Source: a candidate division WWE3 bacterium (GTDB lineage: Bacteria; Patescibacteriota; WWE3; JAPLWK01). From it: 64,000 bases of DNA. Positions within the stretch are counted from its first letter, which is position 1; each line of letters begins with the position of its first letter. Shown piece after piece: positions 1-10,273 of this stretch. The stretch is taken from NCBI GenBank assembly GCA_026396615.1, contig JAPLWK010000008.1, forward strand, positions 75,817 through 139,816. The letters are read 5' to 3'. The notes under the pieces are model-generated. The model was not told the DNA's origin. It did not search any database and saw nothing but the letters and a program-made list of their open reading frames with translations. The translations under genes and the position numbers were made by a program.

Positions 1-2
1 AT

Positions 3-395
3 ATTTACGTCGCCAAAGGCTTTAATGGGCAGCTTTTAGAGGACGTGGTGACGCATATTACCAGTGACAAAACCCGTTGGGTTAATATTATGATGAAAGA
101 GGAACTGGGAATAACCAGAGTTAACACCACAACGGTTCTGTGGACCGCGGCGACGGTAGGAATAGCCGCTTTAATTGCCTCATTTATTCCGGTTTTTCCG
201 TTCTTCCTGACGACCGGAATAAAGGCTGTCGCTATTTCTTTGACCGTCAGCGCGATTTCTTTGTTCGCGATCGGCGCCTATGAAGCCAAAACATATGTTG
301 GTTCTTGGAAACGGAGCGGTGTACAATTAATGATAATTGGAATGGGAGCGGCTACTGTCGGATTTTTAATTGGTAAAATATTTCACGTTAATTAG
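3..395 (+). CDS. VIT1/CCC1 family Fe/Mn transporter, 5'-truncated by the window edge
   Basis: The frame is open from base 3: IYVAKGF..LLEDVV..IT.D...W...MMKEELG, then hydrophobic helices with ASFIPVFPF, a VIT1/CCC1 signature. Confidence 0.85.
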   Translation: MYVAKGFNGQLLEDVVTHITSDKTRWVNIMMKEELGITRVNTTTVLWTAATVGIAALIASFIPVFPFFLTTGIKAVAISLTVSAISLFAIGAYEAKTYVGSWKRSGVQLMIIGMGAATVGFLIGKIFHVN

Positions 396-418
396 TTTTT
401 TTAAGGAGGTGATTTTTA

Positions 419-676
419 ATGTTTAAAGTCGAAAAAAAGGATGGTACTTTACAAGAGTACGATCAAAGTAAAGTAATAAACTCTATGGTTACCGCCGGGG
501 CCAGTCATGAGGAAGCAGCCAAAGTATTACCAGAAGTGGAAGCTTGGGCGGAAGCCATGGCCGAAAACGGGGTGATTAAGTCGGTGGATATTCGCTTAGA
601 AGTAATTAAAGAATTACGAACGGTGAATCCAGAAGCCGCTAGCGTTTTTGAGAAGTTTAGCAAGCCACAGGCCTAA
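419..676 (+). CDS. Stand-alone ATP-cone domain protein
   Basis: MFKVEKKDGTLQEYDQSKV...IKSVDIR..V...L matches the ATP-cone pattern; strong SD AAGGAGGTGA upstream. Confidence 0.8.
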   Translation: MFKVEKKDGTLQEYDQSKVINSMVTAGASHEEAAKVLPEVEAWAEAMAENGVIKSVDIRLEVIKELRTVNPEAASVFEKFSKPQA

Positions 677-689
677 AACCACCGATATA

Positions 690-760
690 AACGTAGGGGC
701 GACATTTATGACGCCCTCAACCGATCTGATTGAGGGCTTGATGAATCAAGCCCCTACGTT
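690..760. repeat. GTAG-type REP inverted doublet
   Basis: gtaggggcgacatttatgacgccc (693-716) and gggcttgatgaatcaagcccctac (734-757); the second copy contains the recF TAG stop. Confidence 0.8.
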
Positions 761-1809
761 GTGTGGATTCTCTGACAATACTTTAACTCTCTAAATTCAG
801 GAACGTGTGTCGCCGTTAGAATTGTTTGTTGCTTCCCAATAGTAGCCAAAACGGCCTCCTGATGAACGTCATCCAGTTCCGAAAAGACATCATCCAGCAG
901 TAACAACGGTCGCTCCCCTACTTTCATCGAAATATAATCAAGTTCAAAGAGTTTAAGGGCTAGGACCCCGGTCCGTTGCTGCCCCCGGGACCCAAAGAGT
1001 GACAAATCATAATCTGACTCTAATAATTTCCAGTCATCGCGATGCGGCCCTATTAAAGTTATGTGAGAGGCCAGTTCCGCGGCTTCGTGCGACAATAATC
1101 GCTCTTTATTCAACCTGTTGGGAAGATAATTTATCTGTAAATCTGTGAGCAGACCTCCTAAGAGATCGTTGACGACCTGTGGCAAATCGTGATTTAACTC
1201 GGCAATAAACGCTTGGCGTTTCTCCTGGATGACCGTGCCAAATGACAATAATTCTTGATTCCAATATTCCAATTCTTGTAGTAGCTGAGTGGACGACCGC
1301 GTGTCATCGGCCAGCAAATGATTACGACGAGTGACTATTTTGCCGTAGTTACTGAGTGATTTGCTGTAAGCACCGTCGACTTGGCTTAAAGCGTCATCCA
1401 AATAACGCCGTCGAACTGCCGGCCCGTCAACCAGCAGATCAATATCCTCAGGTCGAAAGATGACAGACCGCAAATTCCCCACAAAGCCGGAAATATGCTT
1501 TGGAACGTTGTTAACTTTATAAAGTTTTTGCGAACTGTACTGGTTATCACCACGCTCTTGAACGACCACAGACAACTCGTTGTCAGAAGTAACGCCAAAA
1601 ACATCAGCGTAAGTTTTACCGTGCCTGATTACTTCGCGGTCAAAGCGACCCCGAAAAGTGCGACCCGCTGAAAGCATCCCTAAGGCCTCTAAGATATTAG
1701 TTTTACCGCTGCCGTTAGGACCGACGATGAGCGTCGTTTTGGGGTCAAAGCTAAACTTGGCTTTCGAGTAAGATCTAAAATTTCGGAGCTCTAACGATTT
1801 TAGTTCCAT
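754..1809 (-). CDS. recF: DNA replication/repair protein RecF
   Basis: LRNFRSY, Walker A GPNGSGKTN, RRRYLD, GPHRDD, SRGQQR, LLDDVFSELD. Confidence 0.95.
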   Translation of the reverse strand: MELKSLELRNFRSYSKAKFSFDPKTTLIVGPNGSGKTNILEALGMLSAGRTFRGRFDREVIRHGKTYADVFGVTSDNELSVVVQERGDNQYSSQKLYKVNNVPKHISGFVGNLRSVIFRPEDIDLLVDGPAVRRRYLDDALSQVDGAYSKSLSNYGKIVTRRNHLLADDTRSSTQLLQELEYWNQELLSFGTVIQEKRQAFIAELNHDLPQVVNDLLGGLLTDLQINYLPNRLNKERLLSHEAAELASHITLIGPHRDDWKLLESDYDLSLFGSRGQQRTGVLALKLFELDYISMKVGERPLLLLDDVFSELDDVHQEAVLATIGKQQTILTATHVPEFRELKYCQRIHTT

Positions 1810-1858
1810 ATGCAGTATTCAGTATAGAGTATTCAGAAATCGAAACCGTTGTTTTCTT

Positions 1859-1962
1859 GTCATTCCGGCCCCAGAGCCGGAATCCAGTAAATCCGATTGT
1901 TTTTTGTTATTTGTTGTTTGTTTTTTTGAAGTTACTGGATTCCGGGTCAAGCCCGGAATGAC
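1859..1962. repeat. GTCATTCC palindrome doublet (type B forward + type A reverse) with T-rich spacer
   Basis: gtcattccggccccagagccggaatccagtaa (1859-1890) and ttactggattccgggtcaagcccggaatgac (1932-1962). Confidence 0.9.
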
Positions 1963-1984
1963 GAATTTAGTTTATAATACTGTT

Positions 1985-2818
1985 ATGCCCGAATTACCAG
2001 AAGTCGAGACCGTCCGCGCTGATTTAAATAAAGAGCTAGCCGGTCAAACAGTCAAAGGAATCAAAGTCGACAAGCCTAACCTAATTAAAGGCTCACATCT
2101 AGACTTTATTAAAGAGTTAACCGGAGCTAAGTTCACCGGTGTTCGCCGCCAAGCCAAACTACTTATATTCGACCTCACTAAAGACGGTCGTGATTTCCAT
2201 GTCGTCGCCCATCTTAAAATGACCGGCCGCTTTCTACTACGAGAGCAGTCGGATCAACCTGATAATTACCAGCACATCACTATCGACATCGGAGGCGGCA
2301 AGGAACTCCGTTTTTGCGACCTCCGCCAATTTGGTTATCTAGCAATTACCTCTAAAGAGGACCTAGCTAAAATTTTAGCTGGTTACGGCCCGGAACCACT
2401 TAAAGACTTGACCGTAGAGAAGTTTGAAGAGGCGTTAAAACGTAAATTAGCCATTAAAAAGCTGCTTCTCGATCAAGCCGTTTTCTCCGGTATTGGTAAT
2501 ATTTATGCCAATGAAGCCCTATTTGAAGCCAAGATTCAGCCAGAGCGACTGGCTAACACACTTTCGATTAAAGAAGCAAGTGACCTTTTTCAGGCGATCT
2601 CTAAAGTCATCACTTCCGGTCTTACTAATCGAGGTACCACCACCAAAGATGATTCTTTTAAAGATATTTACAACCGAGCTGGATCGAATGCGAAGTATCT
2701 TAGGGTCTACGAGCGGACCGGTCAACCCTGTTTAAACAATTGTGGCGATAAGATTAAGAAGATTATGGTTGGTGGTCGCGGGACGTATTTTTGCCCCAGT
2801 TGTCAGCCACAACTTTAA
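1985..2818 (+). CDS. mutM: Formamidopyrimidine-DNA glycosylase Fpg/MutM
   Basis: True start MPELPEVETV at 1985 (the track ORF extends into the repeat); HLKMTG, LLDQ..FSGIGNIYANE, C-terminal Zn finger; TATAAT at 1973-1978. Confidence 0.95.
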   Translation: MPELPEVETVRADLNKELAGQTVKGIKVDKPNLIKGSHLDFIKELTGAKFTGVRRQAKLLIFDLTKDGRDFHVVAHLKMTGRFLLREQSDQPDNYQHITIDIGGGKELRFCDLRQFGYLAITSKEDLAKILAGYGPEPLKDLTVEKFEEALKRKLAIKKLLLDQAVFSGIGNIYANEALFEAKIQPERLANTLSIKEASDLFQAISKVITSGLTNRGTTTKDDSFKDIYNRAGSNAKYLRVYERTGQPCLNNCGDKIKKIMVGGRGTYFCPSCQPQL

Positions 2819-3899
2819 AAACCTCATTCTTAAAATCCTTACCTGAAAACACTGCCGCCCGTTTCCGACATTCCTCAGACAAATAGTTTGTCGACTTAAA
2901 ATTAGACAAGACACTTTCTAAAGACGCAACAGTTGCCTCAGGAAATAATTCCCCTGTGATTCCGGGGGTAATTACCTCACTGGCCCCGCCGCCTGTAAGC
3001 GCCACTACGGGCTTACCGTACGACAAAGCCTCTACAGGCACGATCCCAAAATCCTCATCGCTGACAGGGTTTAGCAAGGCCTGGCACCCCTTGTAGAGAC
3101 CTGCTAGCTCACTATCAGACACCCGTCCTAAGAACTTGGTGGTTGGCACGGCCAAATGTTTCAGTCTGGCTAGTTCCGGCCCGCTACCCACAATCTGTAA
3201 GCTTAAGCCTAGTTTCTGGCAGGCTAAAATCGCCAAATCGAAGTTCTTATAACGCACCAATCGCCCCACGCACAGAAAATAAGGCTCAATACTGCTATTG
3301 TCTACAGAAGTAACTATCGTTTCAGAGAGCAATTTAGACGGAGGGTATGTCACAATAGAATCTCTCCTATAAAACTTATAAATCCGATCCGCCGTATTCT
3401 TTGATGGCGCCAGCAGAATGTTTGGTCGCTGAGCGGCCGAGTAATCCCAAACCCTTAAATAATTGTCGACGATACTGAGGATTGGCTTCCAGAACCAGTT
3501 CGACCGTTTGTTCGTCTCCGTTTCGTAGCCATACAGAAAACGCGGTGGAGTGTGAATGTAGCTAACGTGTAACTGCTTTGAAGTAGTGATAACCCCTTTG
3601 GCAAAGTTGGCAGTATCGGAAATGACCACATCATAGGCCGACAGATCCAAGCCTTCAAAATATAACGGCCAAAAGAGGGTAAAGTACTTAAAAATATGAC
3701 GAATTAAAGGGATTCTAGAAGCCGACGAGACCCGAATATCCCAGGATGACGAGGGGAACGAGGCTTCAAGGCGTTTATCAAAGATAGTGGTGTACACCGG
3801 CGCCTGCGGGTACAGTTCGTGCAGCGCTCGCAGCACCTGCTCTGCCCCACCGTCTTGAATTAAAAAATCGTGAATTAGAGCTACTTTAGGGTTTGTCAT
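2763..3899 (-). CDS. Glycosyltransferase family 4 (GT-B)
   Basis: HDFL...GGAEQV, YIHTPPR, VGRLVRYK, EDFGIVPVEALSYGKPV; overlaps the mutM 3' end by 56 nt. Confidence 0.9.
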   Translation of the reverse strand: MTNPKVALIHDFLIQDGGAEQVLRALHELYPQAPVYTTIFDKRLEASFPSSSWDIRVSSASRIPLIRHIFKYFTLFWPLYFEGLDLSAYDVVISDTANFAKGVITTSKQLHVSYIHTPPRFLYGYETETNKRSNWFWKPILSIVDNYLRVWDYSAAQRPNILLAPSKNTADRIYKFYRRDSIVTYPPSKLLSETIVTSVDNSSIEPYFLCVGRLVRYKNFDLAILACQKLGLSLQIVGSGPELARLKHLAVPTTKFLGRVSDSELAGLYKGCQALLNPVSDEDFGIVPVEALSYGKPVVALTGGGASEVITPGITGELFPEATVASLESVLSNFKSTNYLSEECRKRAAVFSGKDFKNEVFKVVADNWGKNTSRDHQP

Positions 3900-3904
3900 A
3901 AATA

Positions 3905-3998
<94 letters not shown>

Positions 3999-4009
3999 AG
4001 GTATGTTTT

Positions 4010-4069
4010 GTCATTCCGGGCTTGACCCGGAATCTAGTAACTGGATTCCGGCTCCGGGGCCGGAATGAC
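4010..4069. repeat. GTCATTCC palindrome doublet (type A forward + type B reverse), no spacer
   Basis: gtcattccgggcttgacccggaatctagtaa followed directly by ctggattccggctccggggccggaatgac. Confidence 0.9.
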
Positions 4070-4304
4070 AAGTTATTAAACGCAGCCTCTCACTTTTCCC
4101 CTATTTATGTTTTAAATAGTACTATCGTTTATACGCGTCAACTTTATTCAAACCGCCTTCAATGTAAATTAAGCGCCAAGGACCAAAAGGCCAAGTCGCT
4201 TTGGCAGAGCCCGTGTTATGCTCCTTGACTTGACTTTCAATGTCTAGAGTGACACCAACATATGTTCGCTGATGCGTCAAACTTTGAATAATATACACTA
4301 AATA
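4070..4304 (-). pseudogene. Degraded small GIY-YIG endonuclease (UPF0213-like)
   Basis: Minus frame reads YLVYIIQSLTHQRTYVGVTLDIESQVKEHNTGSAKATWPFGPWRLIYIEGGLNKVDAYKR*YYLKHK*GKSERLRL; in-frame TAG at 4122-4124 and 4101-4103; absent from the ORF track. Confidence 0.8.
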
Positions 4305-4328
4305 TAACCTAAATGCTCAAAATTATAG

Positions 4329-4793
4329 TCACTCTGCAGGTCGTTGGTTACCAGTATCAATTTCCTTGAGTTCTCGATCCGTCTCCCGCTCGATATCTCT
4401 TGATTTAACCAGCTCTTTCTTACCGTATTGGTTGCGACCGTGACCTAAGCCCACCGTGAGCTTAATGCGATCGCCTAAGGTATAAAATTGCAACGGAATA
4501 AGCGCATAGCCCTTACGTCCTCCTAGGCCAACCATGCGTTTAACCTCTGATTTAGTAAGCAACAATTGGCGGGATCGTTCCGGATCAAACATTATTGCCG
4601 AGTTTTTATAGTTTTGGATATGGGCCCCCACGAGGTACGGCTGAGCATTAAAGAATTTAACGTAAGCACCATTAAGCCTGGCATTTTTGCCGCGAACGGA
4701 CTTCACTTCCGACCCTAGCAGTGCAATTCCCGCTTCCCAGGTTTCTAAAATTTCGTAATCATGCCGAGCCATCCGATTTTCGGCCAGGATCAT
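4329..4793 (-). CDS. smpB: SsrA-binding protein SmpB
   Basis: NRMARHDYEILETWEAGIALLGSEVKSVR, DPERSRQLLL.K.E, GYALIPL. Confidence 0.95.
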   Translation of the reverse strand: MILAENRMARHDYEILETWEAGIALLGSEVKSVRGKNARLNGAYVKFFNAQPYLVGAHIQNYKNSAIMFDPERSRQLLLTKSEVKRMVGLGGRKGYALIPLQFYTLGDRIKLTVGLGHGRNQYGKKELVKSRDIERETDRELKEIDTGNQRPAE

Positions 4794-6415
4794 TGGAAAC
4801 TCCCACTCAAAGCCTGAGTATCACCGGCGACCGTAAAAGTCTTAGCGGTTTCGGAGACTACTAAATCCCGCACCGTAAAAGGCACTTTTGGCAGAGCCAC
4901 TTGAAATTTGTAAAGACCGGTTTTGTTAACCGCTACCAAACGGCTGTTTCCGGCATCATAGACGTAGAGGTTATCGCTGTCACCATCGGTATAAAGCGCC
5001 AGCGGATTATTAAAAGGCGCATCAATTCCGGAAATTGTGAAAAGAGTGCTGTCATTTTTGTAGAACTTCTTGATGCTTGTTGCATCCAGAACCCAAACAT
5101 TACCGTCGACCGCAATCCCCAAACCTTTTCCAACATCTGACGAATTCTTAAGCCACGGAGTAACAGTGAAACTTTTGCCTAACGGTGTTGCTTTGTATAT
5201 TTGCGAATCAGTAGGCGAAACTAAATATAAAAAGCCAACGTAGTCGCTGTAAGCCGTAACGCTCCCTTTTTTGTTGAAGGTGAGATCCTTAAACTTGGCG
5301 CGGACGACACCCAAAGTAGCCGGCATAGAAGCCTCTCGCCACGATGGCAGAGCCGAAATATTGTAAGCTTGGATTTTTAAGGAAGTAAGTGAGTCACTTA
5401 AAGTTTTAAAGTTAGCCTTGCGTTTGTCTTCCGGCGACAAATTATTTAAAGTGGTAAACGCCACCGTTAATTCTGCTTTGGCGGCCGGCAAATCGATGCT
5501 AAGATTACTGGTAATCTCCGAAATTTTGGCGTTTAAATCGTCGGTGCTACTACCCAGTACTTTTGTAGCGGGCGAGGTCGCGACGGTCTGCTTATCGCGT
5601 AAAGATAAAGCCAGTGACCCTACCAACACCACCCCTAAAACCAAGACGGCAATCCCTAGTAATTTAGTTTTCTTAAGTCCGGGATTCTCATTAACATTAC
5701 TTTTAGATTTAAAACTAAAGCGATGAATTAAATTACTTAACGACTTTTTACCGGAATTAGAACCGGTCTTAGTCAAGGTTTCGGTATTCTTAATTATTAA
5801 AGCTAGTTCTGCGGCTTTATTAGGACTTATAGCCAGCTCGCTTTCTAAAGTTCCCAGAGTAGTTAACAACTTTTCAAAAGAAAGGCGATTCCCCAAATGC
5901 TTGGAAGTGAGCATTACAATATCGTCGGTATCCAGTGGGTGCGAGGCAAAACTCACCTCCATGGAACTGTCACAAACTATCTCTTTAACTCCCATGCCCC
6001 GAATCAAAAATATTTTGCCGCCTCCCAGAACCGCCGTATATAAGAACTGGCCCCATTTTACTATCGCCACCAAATTTAATTCAAAATTAGGGGCTGTTTC
6101 CATTGACGGCAACGGATTAATACTCAAGCCAAGAAGTCGCCCGCGAACGGCGGTTAAAGCTTTTTCCAAGGCCTGTAAAGGGGTTCCCTCAATCTCACTG
6201 TAATAACTATCTTTTAAAGTATCCCAAACGAGTCTGCCAAAGAGAGGGGCGGTTTGGGCGGAGATACCGCTAAAATCAAGGACCGAGTATAAACTGCCGC
6301 GACTTTCCAAAACCGGTAAATCGACCGGCTCTTCAATGTTGGAAAAGGCTATTTCCCCGGTTTTGGGGTTGGGGGCAACATTACCACCGATTTTTTGGAT
6401 TTTGGCGGGTATCAT
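4790..6415 (-). CDS. Membrane protein: degenerate PP2C-like N-terminal domain, one TM helix, C-terminal NHL-like beta-propeller
   Basis: LYTAVLGGGKIFLIRG and DDIVMLTS resemble the PP2C fold; TM LLGIAVLVLGVVLVGSLAL; GIAVDGNVWVLD and LYVYDAGNSRLVAV are NHL-like. Confidence 0.55.
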   Translation of the reverse strand: MIPAKIQKIGGNVAPNPKTGEIAFSNIEEPVDLPVLESRGSLYSVLDFSGISAQTAPLFGRLVWDTLKDSYYSEIEGTPLQALEKALTAVRGRLLGLSINPLPSMETAPNFELNLVAIVKWGQFLYTAVLGGGKIFLIRGMGVKEIVCDSSMEVSFASHPLDTDDIVMLTSKHLGNRLSFEKLLTTLGTLESELAISPNKAAELALIIKNTETLTKTGSNSGKKSLSNLIHRFSFKSKSNVNENPGLKKTKLLGIAVLVLGVVLVGSLALSLRDKQTVATSPATKVLGSSTDDLNAKISEITSNLSIDLPAAKAELTVAFTTLNNLSPEDKRKANFKTLSDSLTSLKIQAYNISALPSWREASMPATLGVVRAKFKDLTFNKKGSVTAYSDYVGFLYLVSPTDSQIYKATPLGKSFTVTPWLKNSSDVGKGLGIAVDGNVWVLDATSIKKFYKNDSTLFTISGIDAPFNNPLALYTDGDSDNLYVYDAGNSRLVAVNKTGLYKFQVALPKVPFTVRDLVVSETAKTFTVAGDTQALSGSFQ

Positions 6416-6418
6416 AAA

Positions 6419-6625
6419 TTACAGCACAATAACGGCCAAAACGGTTAAGGAGAGAGCGAATACTAAGTGGAAGCGGGCCACTACCCGTAAGGTTGGGTCC
6501 AAATTGGTGCCGAGCACCTCGGTCATCAAACCAATCTGACGGAGCACCATAAAAGCAAAGCCACAATATAAGGCGAGCAGAACAATGTAGCCAATTTTAA
6601 TAATTTGCCAAATATCAAAAATCAT
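6419..6625 (-). CDS. Small two-TM membrane protein (DUF5657-like)
   Basis: 68 aa, LY.GFAFMVLRQIGLMTEVL motif, in tight operon with neighbours. Confidence 0.6.
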   Translation of the reverse strand: MIFDIWQIIKIGYIVLLALYCGFAFMVLRQIGLMTEVLGTNLDPTLRVVARFHLVFALSLTVLAVIVL

Positions 6626-6629
6626 AAAT

Positions 6630-7205
6630 TTAAATAATTACCGTGGGATCGCTTAATTTAGGAGTCCCGTGCGTCCCCGCCATTAAATCAGTAATCAAAT
6701 CATGTACCTGGGCCGGATCGGGAGCCCCCTCAAACTCAAATTCCCGCTGCTCTCCTGCCGTTTGCATCGATACACTGCCGTAATTAAGCAAACTTTGAAA
6801 CACGCCATGTTGGGCGTAAGTGCAATCTTCTAAATGAGCAATTTCGGTTTCAGAAACATTCTTATTAAGTAATCCCCAAAAATCAACGTCCACAATTCTT
6901 TTTTTGGTGATTATTAACACATTAAAATACCAAATAATAAAGGTTTCTAGAGAGTAGGCAAATACAAAGAGCAGCCAAAAGATAACGCCAAAAGTAATAA
7001 AGCGGCCCGGAATAAACGGCAGTAATCGCGGCGCAAAGGGGCCAGCTACTAAAGGGACTGCAGCTAAAATTAGAATGGTAATAATACTACCCACTTGGGT
7101 AAACCAATGGCGGCGCACTAGCATTAATAAAGCTTCCCCCTCTTCTTGAGATTGAAAACTTACACTAATTGGTTTTTTAATTAACGCGGCAAAAACTTCC
7201 TTCAT
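6630..7205 (-). CDS. Bacterial PH-domain membrane protein
   Basis: RRHW, two TM helices, IITKKRIVDVD, LLNYGSVSMQTAG, PDPAQV. Confidence 0.75.
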   Translation of the reverse strand: MKEVFAALIKKPISVSFQSQEEGEALLMLVRRHWFTQVGSIITILILAAVPLVAGPFAPRLLPFIPGRFITFGVIFWLLFVFAYSLETFIIWYFNVLIITKKRIVDVDFWGLLNKNVSETEIAHLEDCTYAQHGVFQSLLNYGSVSMQTAGEQREFEFEGAPDPAQVHDLITDLMAGTHGTPKLSDPTVII

Positions 7206-7267
7206 ATGCCCAATTATAGCAACTTCCTTTAATTATGGGAGTAAGCTAGAATGCAATCTGCTAAGTT

Positions 7268-8026
7268 ATGCAATGCGGACTCTGTAAATCCTTTAAATTT
7301 AATACTATTTTTGAGAATCAGACTAATTCAATTGTTAAATGTGTGGAATGTGGGTTAGGTTTATTAAATAAGCCACCTGCGGCAGTAGCTGAAACATATA
7401 AGTGTGATTATTTTAATGATAAAAAAACTGAAGATTACTATAAAGATTCCTTAAAGAAGTTTGCGTATGTTAAACCATATTTAAATTTAGAGTCTCGTAT
7501 TTTAGATTTCGGTTGCGCAGTTGGTCACTTTGCAGGTGTTTGCAAAAACAAGGGATACTCTGTAGCTGGATTTGATATTTCTGAATATGCTGCAAGTCAA
7601 ACGGCGACTAGCTATGATATCGAAACTAAGTCGGGGGCGTTAAATAAAGATCTCTTTGCTGAAAATTACTTCGATGTTATTACTTGTTTCGATGTAATCG
7701 AACATATTCCCAACTATATAGAAACGTTGAAAATTATAAAAACGTGGTTAAAGCCAGGTGGACACATTTTTATCACTACCCCAGATACGGAAAGTTGGGA
7801 TGCTAAGATTCTAGGTAAATATTGGTACGGTTTTACCAAAATACCACAACATATTCTTTATTTTAATAGAAATTCACTACAACGAATACTTACAGAAACT
7901 GGTTTTACGAATATTAAAATTAATCAATGGGGTTTTGTTAGGAGCCTGGGATTCTGGTTTAAAAAAAGTTTTCCGCCTTATTTTTATATTCCGATGGTAG
8001 ATATGATAGTAGTTGCTAAAAAATGA
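7268..8026 (+). CDS. Class I SAM-dependent methyltransferase with N-terminal Cys pairs
   Basis: CGLC...CVECG, ILDFGCAVG, FDVITCFDVIEH, LKPGG, PQHILYF. Confidence 0.85.
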   Translation: MQCGLCKSFKFNTIFENQTNSIVKCVECGLGLLNKPPAAVAETYKCDYFNDKKTEDYYKDSLKKFAYVKPYLNLESRILDFGCAVGHFAGVCKNKGYSVAGFDISEYAASQTATSYDIETKSGALNKDLFAENYFDVITCFDVIEHIPNYIETLKIIKTWLKPGGHIFITTPDTESWDAKILGKYWYGFTKIPQHILYFNRNSLQRILTETGFTNIKINQWGFVRSLGFWFKKSFPPYFYIPMVDMIVVAKK

Positions 8027-8766
8027 ACTTTTTACAGGAGTTTCTAAAAATAGCCCCGTATTCTTTAGCTGTGTGGCGGGCGGGAGAGGCTGAGGCCATA
8101 AACCAAGCTTATGCTGATTTTAAACCGCAGGGCAAAATTCTAGATATTGGCTGCGGCTTTGGAGAATTCATGAGCGTTTTTAGTAAAGTTATTAACGGTA
8201 ATAAAATTGATTTGGGTGTAGATATTTGCCAATCAGATATTAATGAGGCTCTTAAAAAAAATGTTTATGAAAAAATTATCTGCTGTGACGCTAGGGACTT
8301 ACATCAAATAAAAGATAAATATAATACTGTCTTAGCCGTTAGTGTTTTAGAGCATATTAGTAATGTAGAAAAAGTATTTGACCAAGTGCAAACGGTACTT
8401 AATCCTGGTGGCTATTGCATCTTTACGGTACCTACGAATAAACTTAATTCTAAATTGTGGACTAAACTGCTCCATAAAACTTTTAAACACGTCAGCCTTT
8501 TAAGTAAAGAAGAATGGATTAAAATATCGGAAAATAGCGGTCTTACGATTAGGCAAGTAAAAGGAACAATTTCGCAAAAAGAATTAACTGCCTTTGAATC
8601 TGGCTTGATTACGGCTTTAGTAACCCAGCCCAGCAGATGGCTATTTAAAAAACGTTTACTAATATCCCCCGAGGCTAGACTAAAAACCTTCGAAAAAGTA
8701 GCTGTAGCGGCAGTTGCTGATGAAAAGATGGAAAGCAACATTTTAGTAGTTGCCCAAAAAATATGA
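8023..8766 (+). CDS. Class I SAM-dependent methyltransferase
   Basis: ILDIGCGFG, SVLEHI, LNPGGYCIFTVP. Confidence 0.85.
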   Translation: MNFLQEFLKIAPYSLAVWRAGEAEAINQAYADFKPQGKILDIGCGFGEFMSVFSKVINGNKIDLGVDICQSDINEALKKNVYEKIICCDARDLHQIKDKYNTVLAVSVLEHISNVEKVFDQVQTVLNPGGYCIFTVPTNKLNSKLWTKLLHKTFKHVSLLSKEEWIKISENSGLTIRQVKGTISQKELTAFESGLITALVTQPSRWLFKKRLLISPEARLKTFEKVAVAAVADEKMESNILVVAQKI

Positions 8767-10273
8767 TCTGTAAAAGATGGTTTAGAGAATATAAAATAGA
8801 ATTTTCTTTATTTATAGTGGCTCTAATTTTATCGCTGTTACCAATTTTTGTTAGTGTAGTTAAAACTCCACGAGACTTTATACCAACTCTAAACAACCAG
8901 TTTTACGATATGCGTGACGTTTTTGTTTATACAGCAGGTGTAAGGCTAGGGCTAGATGGTAACTTTTTGTATAAATATAAATTTTACCCGGCTAAAGCAG
9001 AGAACCAGGTGTTAATCTATCCTGCCTTAACTATTACCGGTTTAATTCTAAAACCTCTAAGCGTATTAATCCCCAAATTTTACCTAGCTATCGGTGGGTA
9101 CCTATTACTTAAAATTATCGGGTCTGTTTTACTTTTTTTAGCAGCCCTGCACTTTTTCAAATCTTTTAATTTTAGTAAAAGAGAATCTATAATTACCACC
9201 GCTTTTTTATTGTTTTCTGGAGGCTCAGTAAGTATTGATTTCCCTGGATTATTTCCTGAGGCGGCCCTAACTATCGCCTCCTTTTCTTTAGATTTATCAT
9301 TTACACTACTGGCCGTAAGCTTTACAAAAAGGATCGTTGAACATTTCAATAAAATAAATTGCCTGTGGTTAGCGGCAGCAATACTTGGAGTAGTAGTTAC
9401 CCACCCCTATAGCCTATTACCAGTGTTATGTATAGTTATAGGAACTACTACAATTTTACTAGCCAAGAAAACTATTAAAATCCAAACAAGTGCGGGTATT
9501 TTTGCGACGTTTATACCGGCATTAAGTTACTGTGTGTATCTGTACTACAATTATTATCAATTGGATGCATTAGGTTGGGTAAAGATGTTTGATGGGGTGG
9601 CCCAATTTATGAAAACTCCACCGGTAATCGTAATAGTTATCTACCTCGGTTTACAGGGGACACTGGTGGCGGGTATATCTTAAAAAATATTAGAATTACC
9701 AAATTTTCCCAGTTAATAATGTTTGTATGGTTGGGTTCGGCTTTTATTACAGCTTACCTACCAAGCAATACACAAAAGGCGCAAATAAAAAGCCTAGGTT
9801 TAGTATTGGTCGTTATGGCGGGTGCGGCCTTTGCCAATATAATTAGTAGTAAGTTAACTAAAATAAACTGGAAAATATTAAGCCCAATCTTACTAATTTT
9901 TCTAGGAGGCTATTTTATTAATACAACTTTCCCAATTTATAGAATACTTAACCAAAAGACCCCAGATAAAATCAGTTACATCTCAAAAAATAGATTAATG
10001 GCTTTAGATTGGTTAGACAAACACGAAAATAACAAAAGTAGAACGGTATTATCAACCGAAAAAGAAATGGGCAGCTATGTACCCCTAATAACAAATTTAA
10101 CTACATTAAATAGTTATGCATTATTTGAAAGTGCGGAAATTATAAAGGACAATTCTAAAGTTATACCCGATTATGTAATCGAAATTAGCGGCGGTAACAT
10201 TATAAAATCTACGGAATATGGGGCAGTTTACCAAAATCCGGAGGTAACTATTTATGAAAATACCAAAATTTAA
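8763..10273 (+). pseudogene. Polytopic membrane protein (GT-C-like) split by a frameshift near 9660-9683
   Basis: ORF 8763-9683 ends at GLQGTLVAGIS*. The frame of ORF 9719-10273 is open back through the junction (GGGYILKNIRITKFSQLIMFVW). Joined, they form one multi-TM protein with HPY and ALDWL...VY.N.EV.IY motifs. Confidence 0.6.

Noticed and set aside
4101-4124. Two in-frame TAGs in the GIY-YIG frame as evidence of stop-codon reassignment
   Set aside because: TAG and TGA terminate intact conserved genes here (recF, dnaA and rpsO use TAG; smpB and dnaK use TGA), so code 11 and pseudogenisation fit better.
4144-4291. ttattcaaa...tttgaataa bounded region as 6S RNA
   Set aside because: Only a short terminal match; the interior is explained as a GIY-YIG coding remnant.
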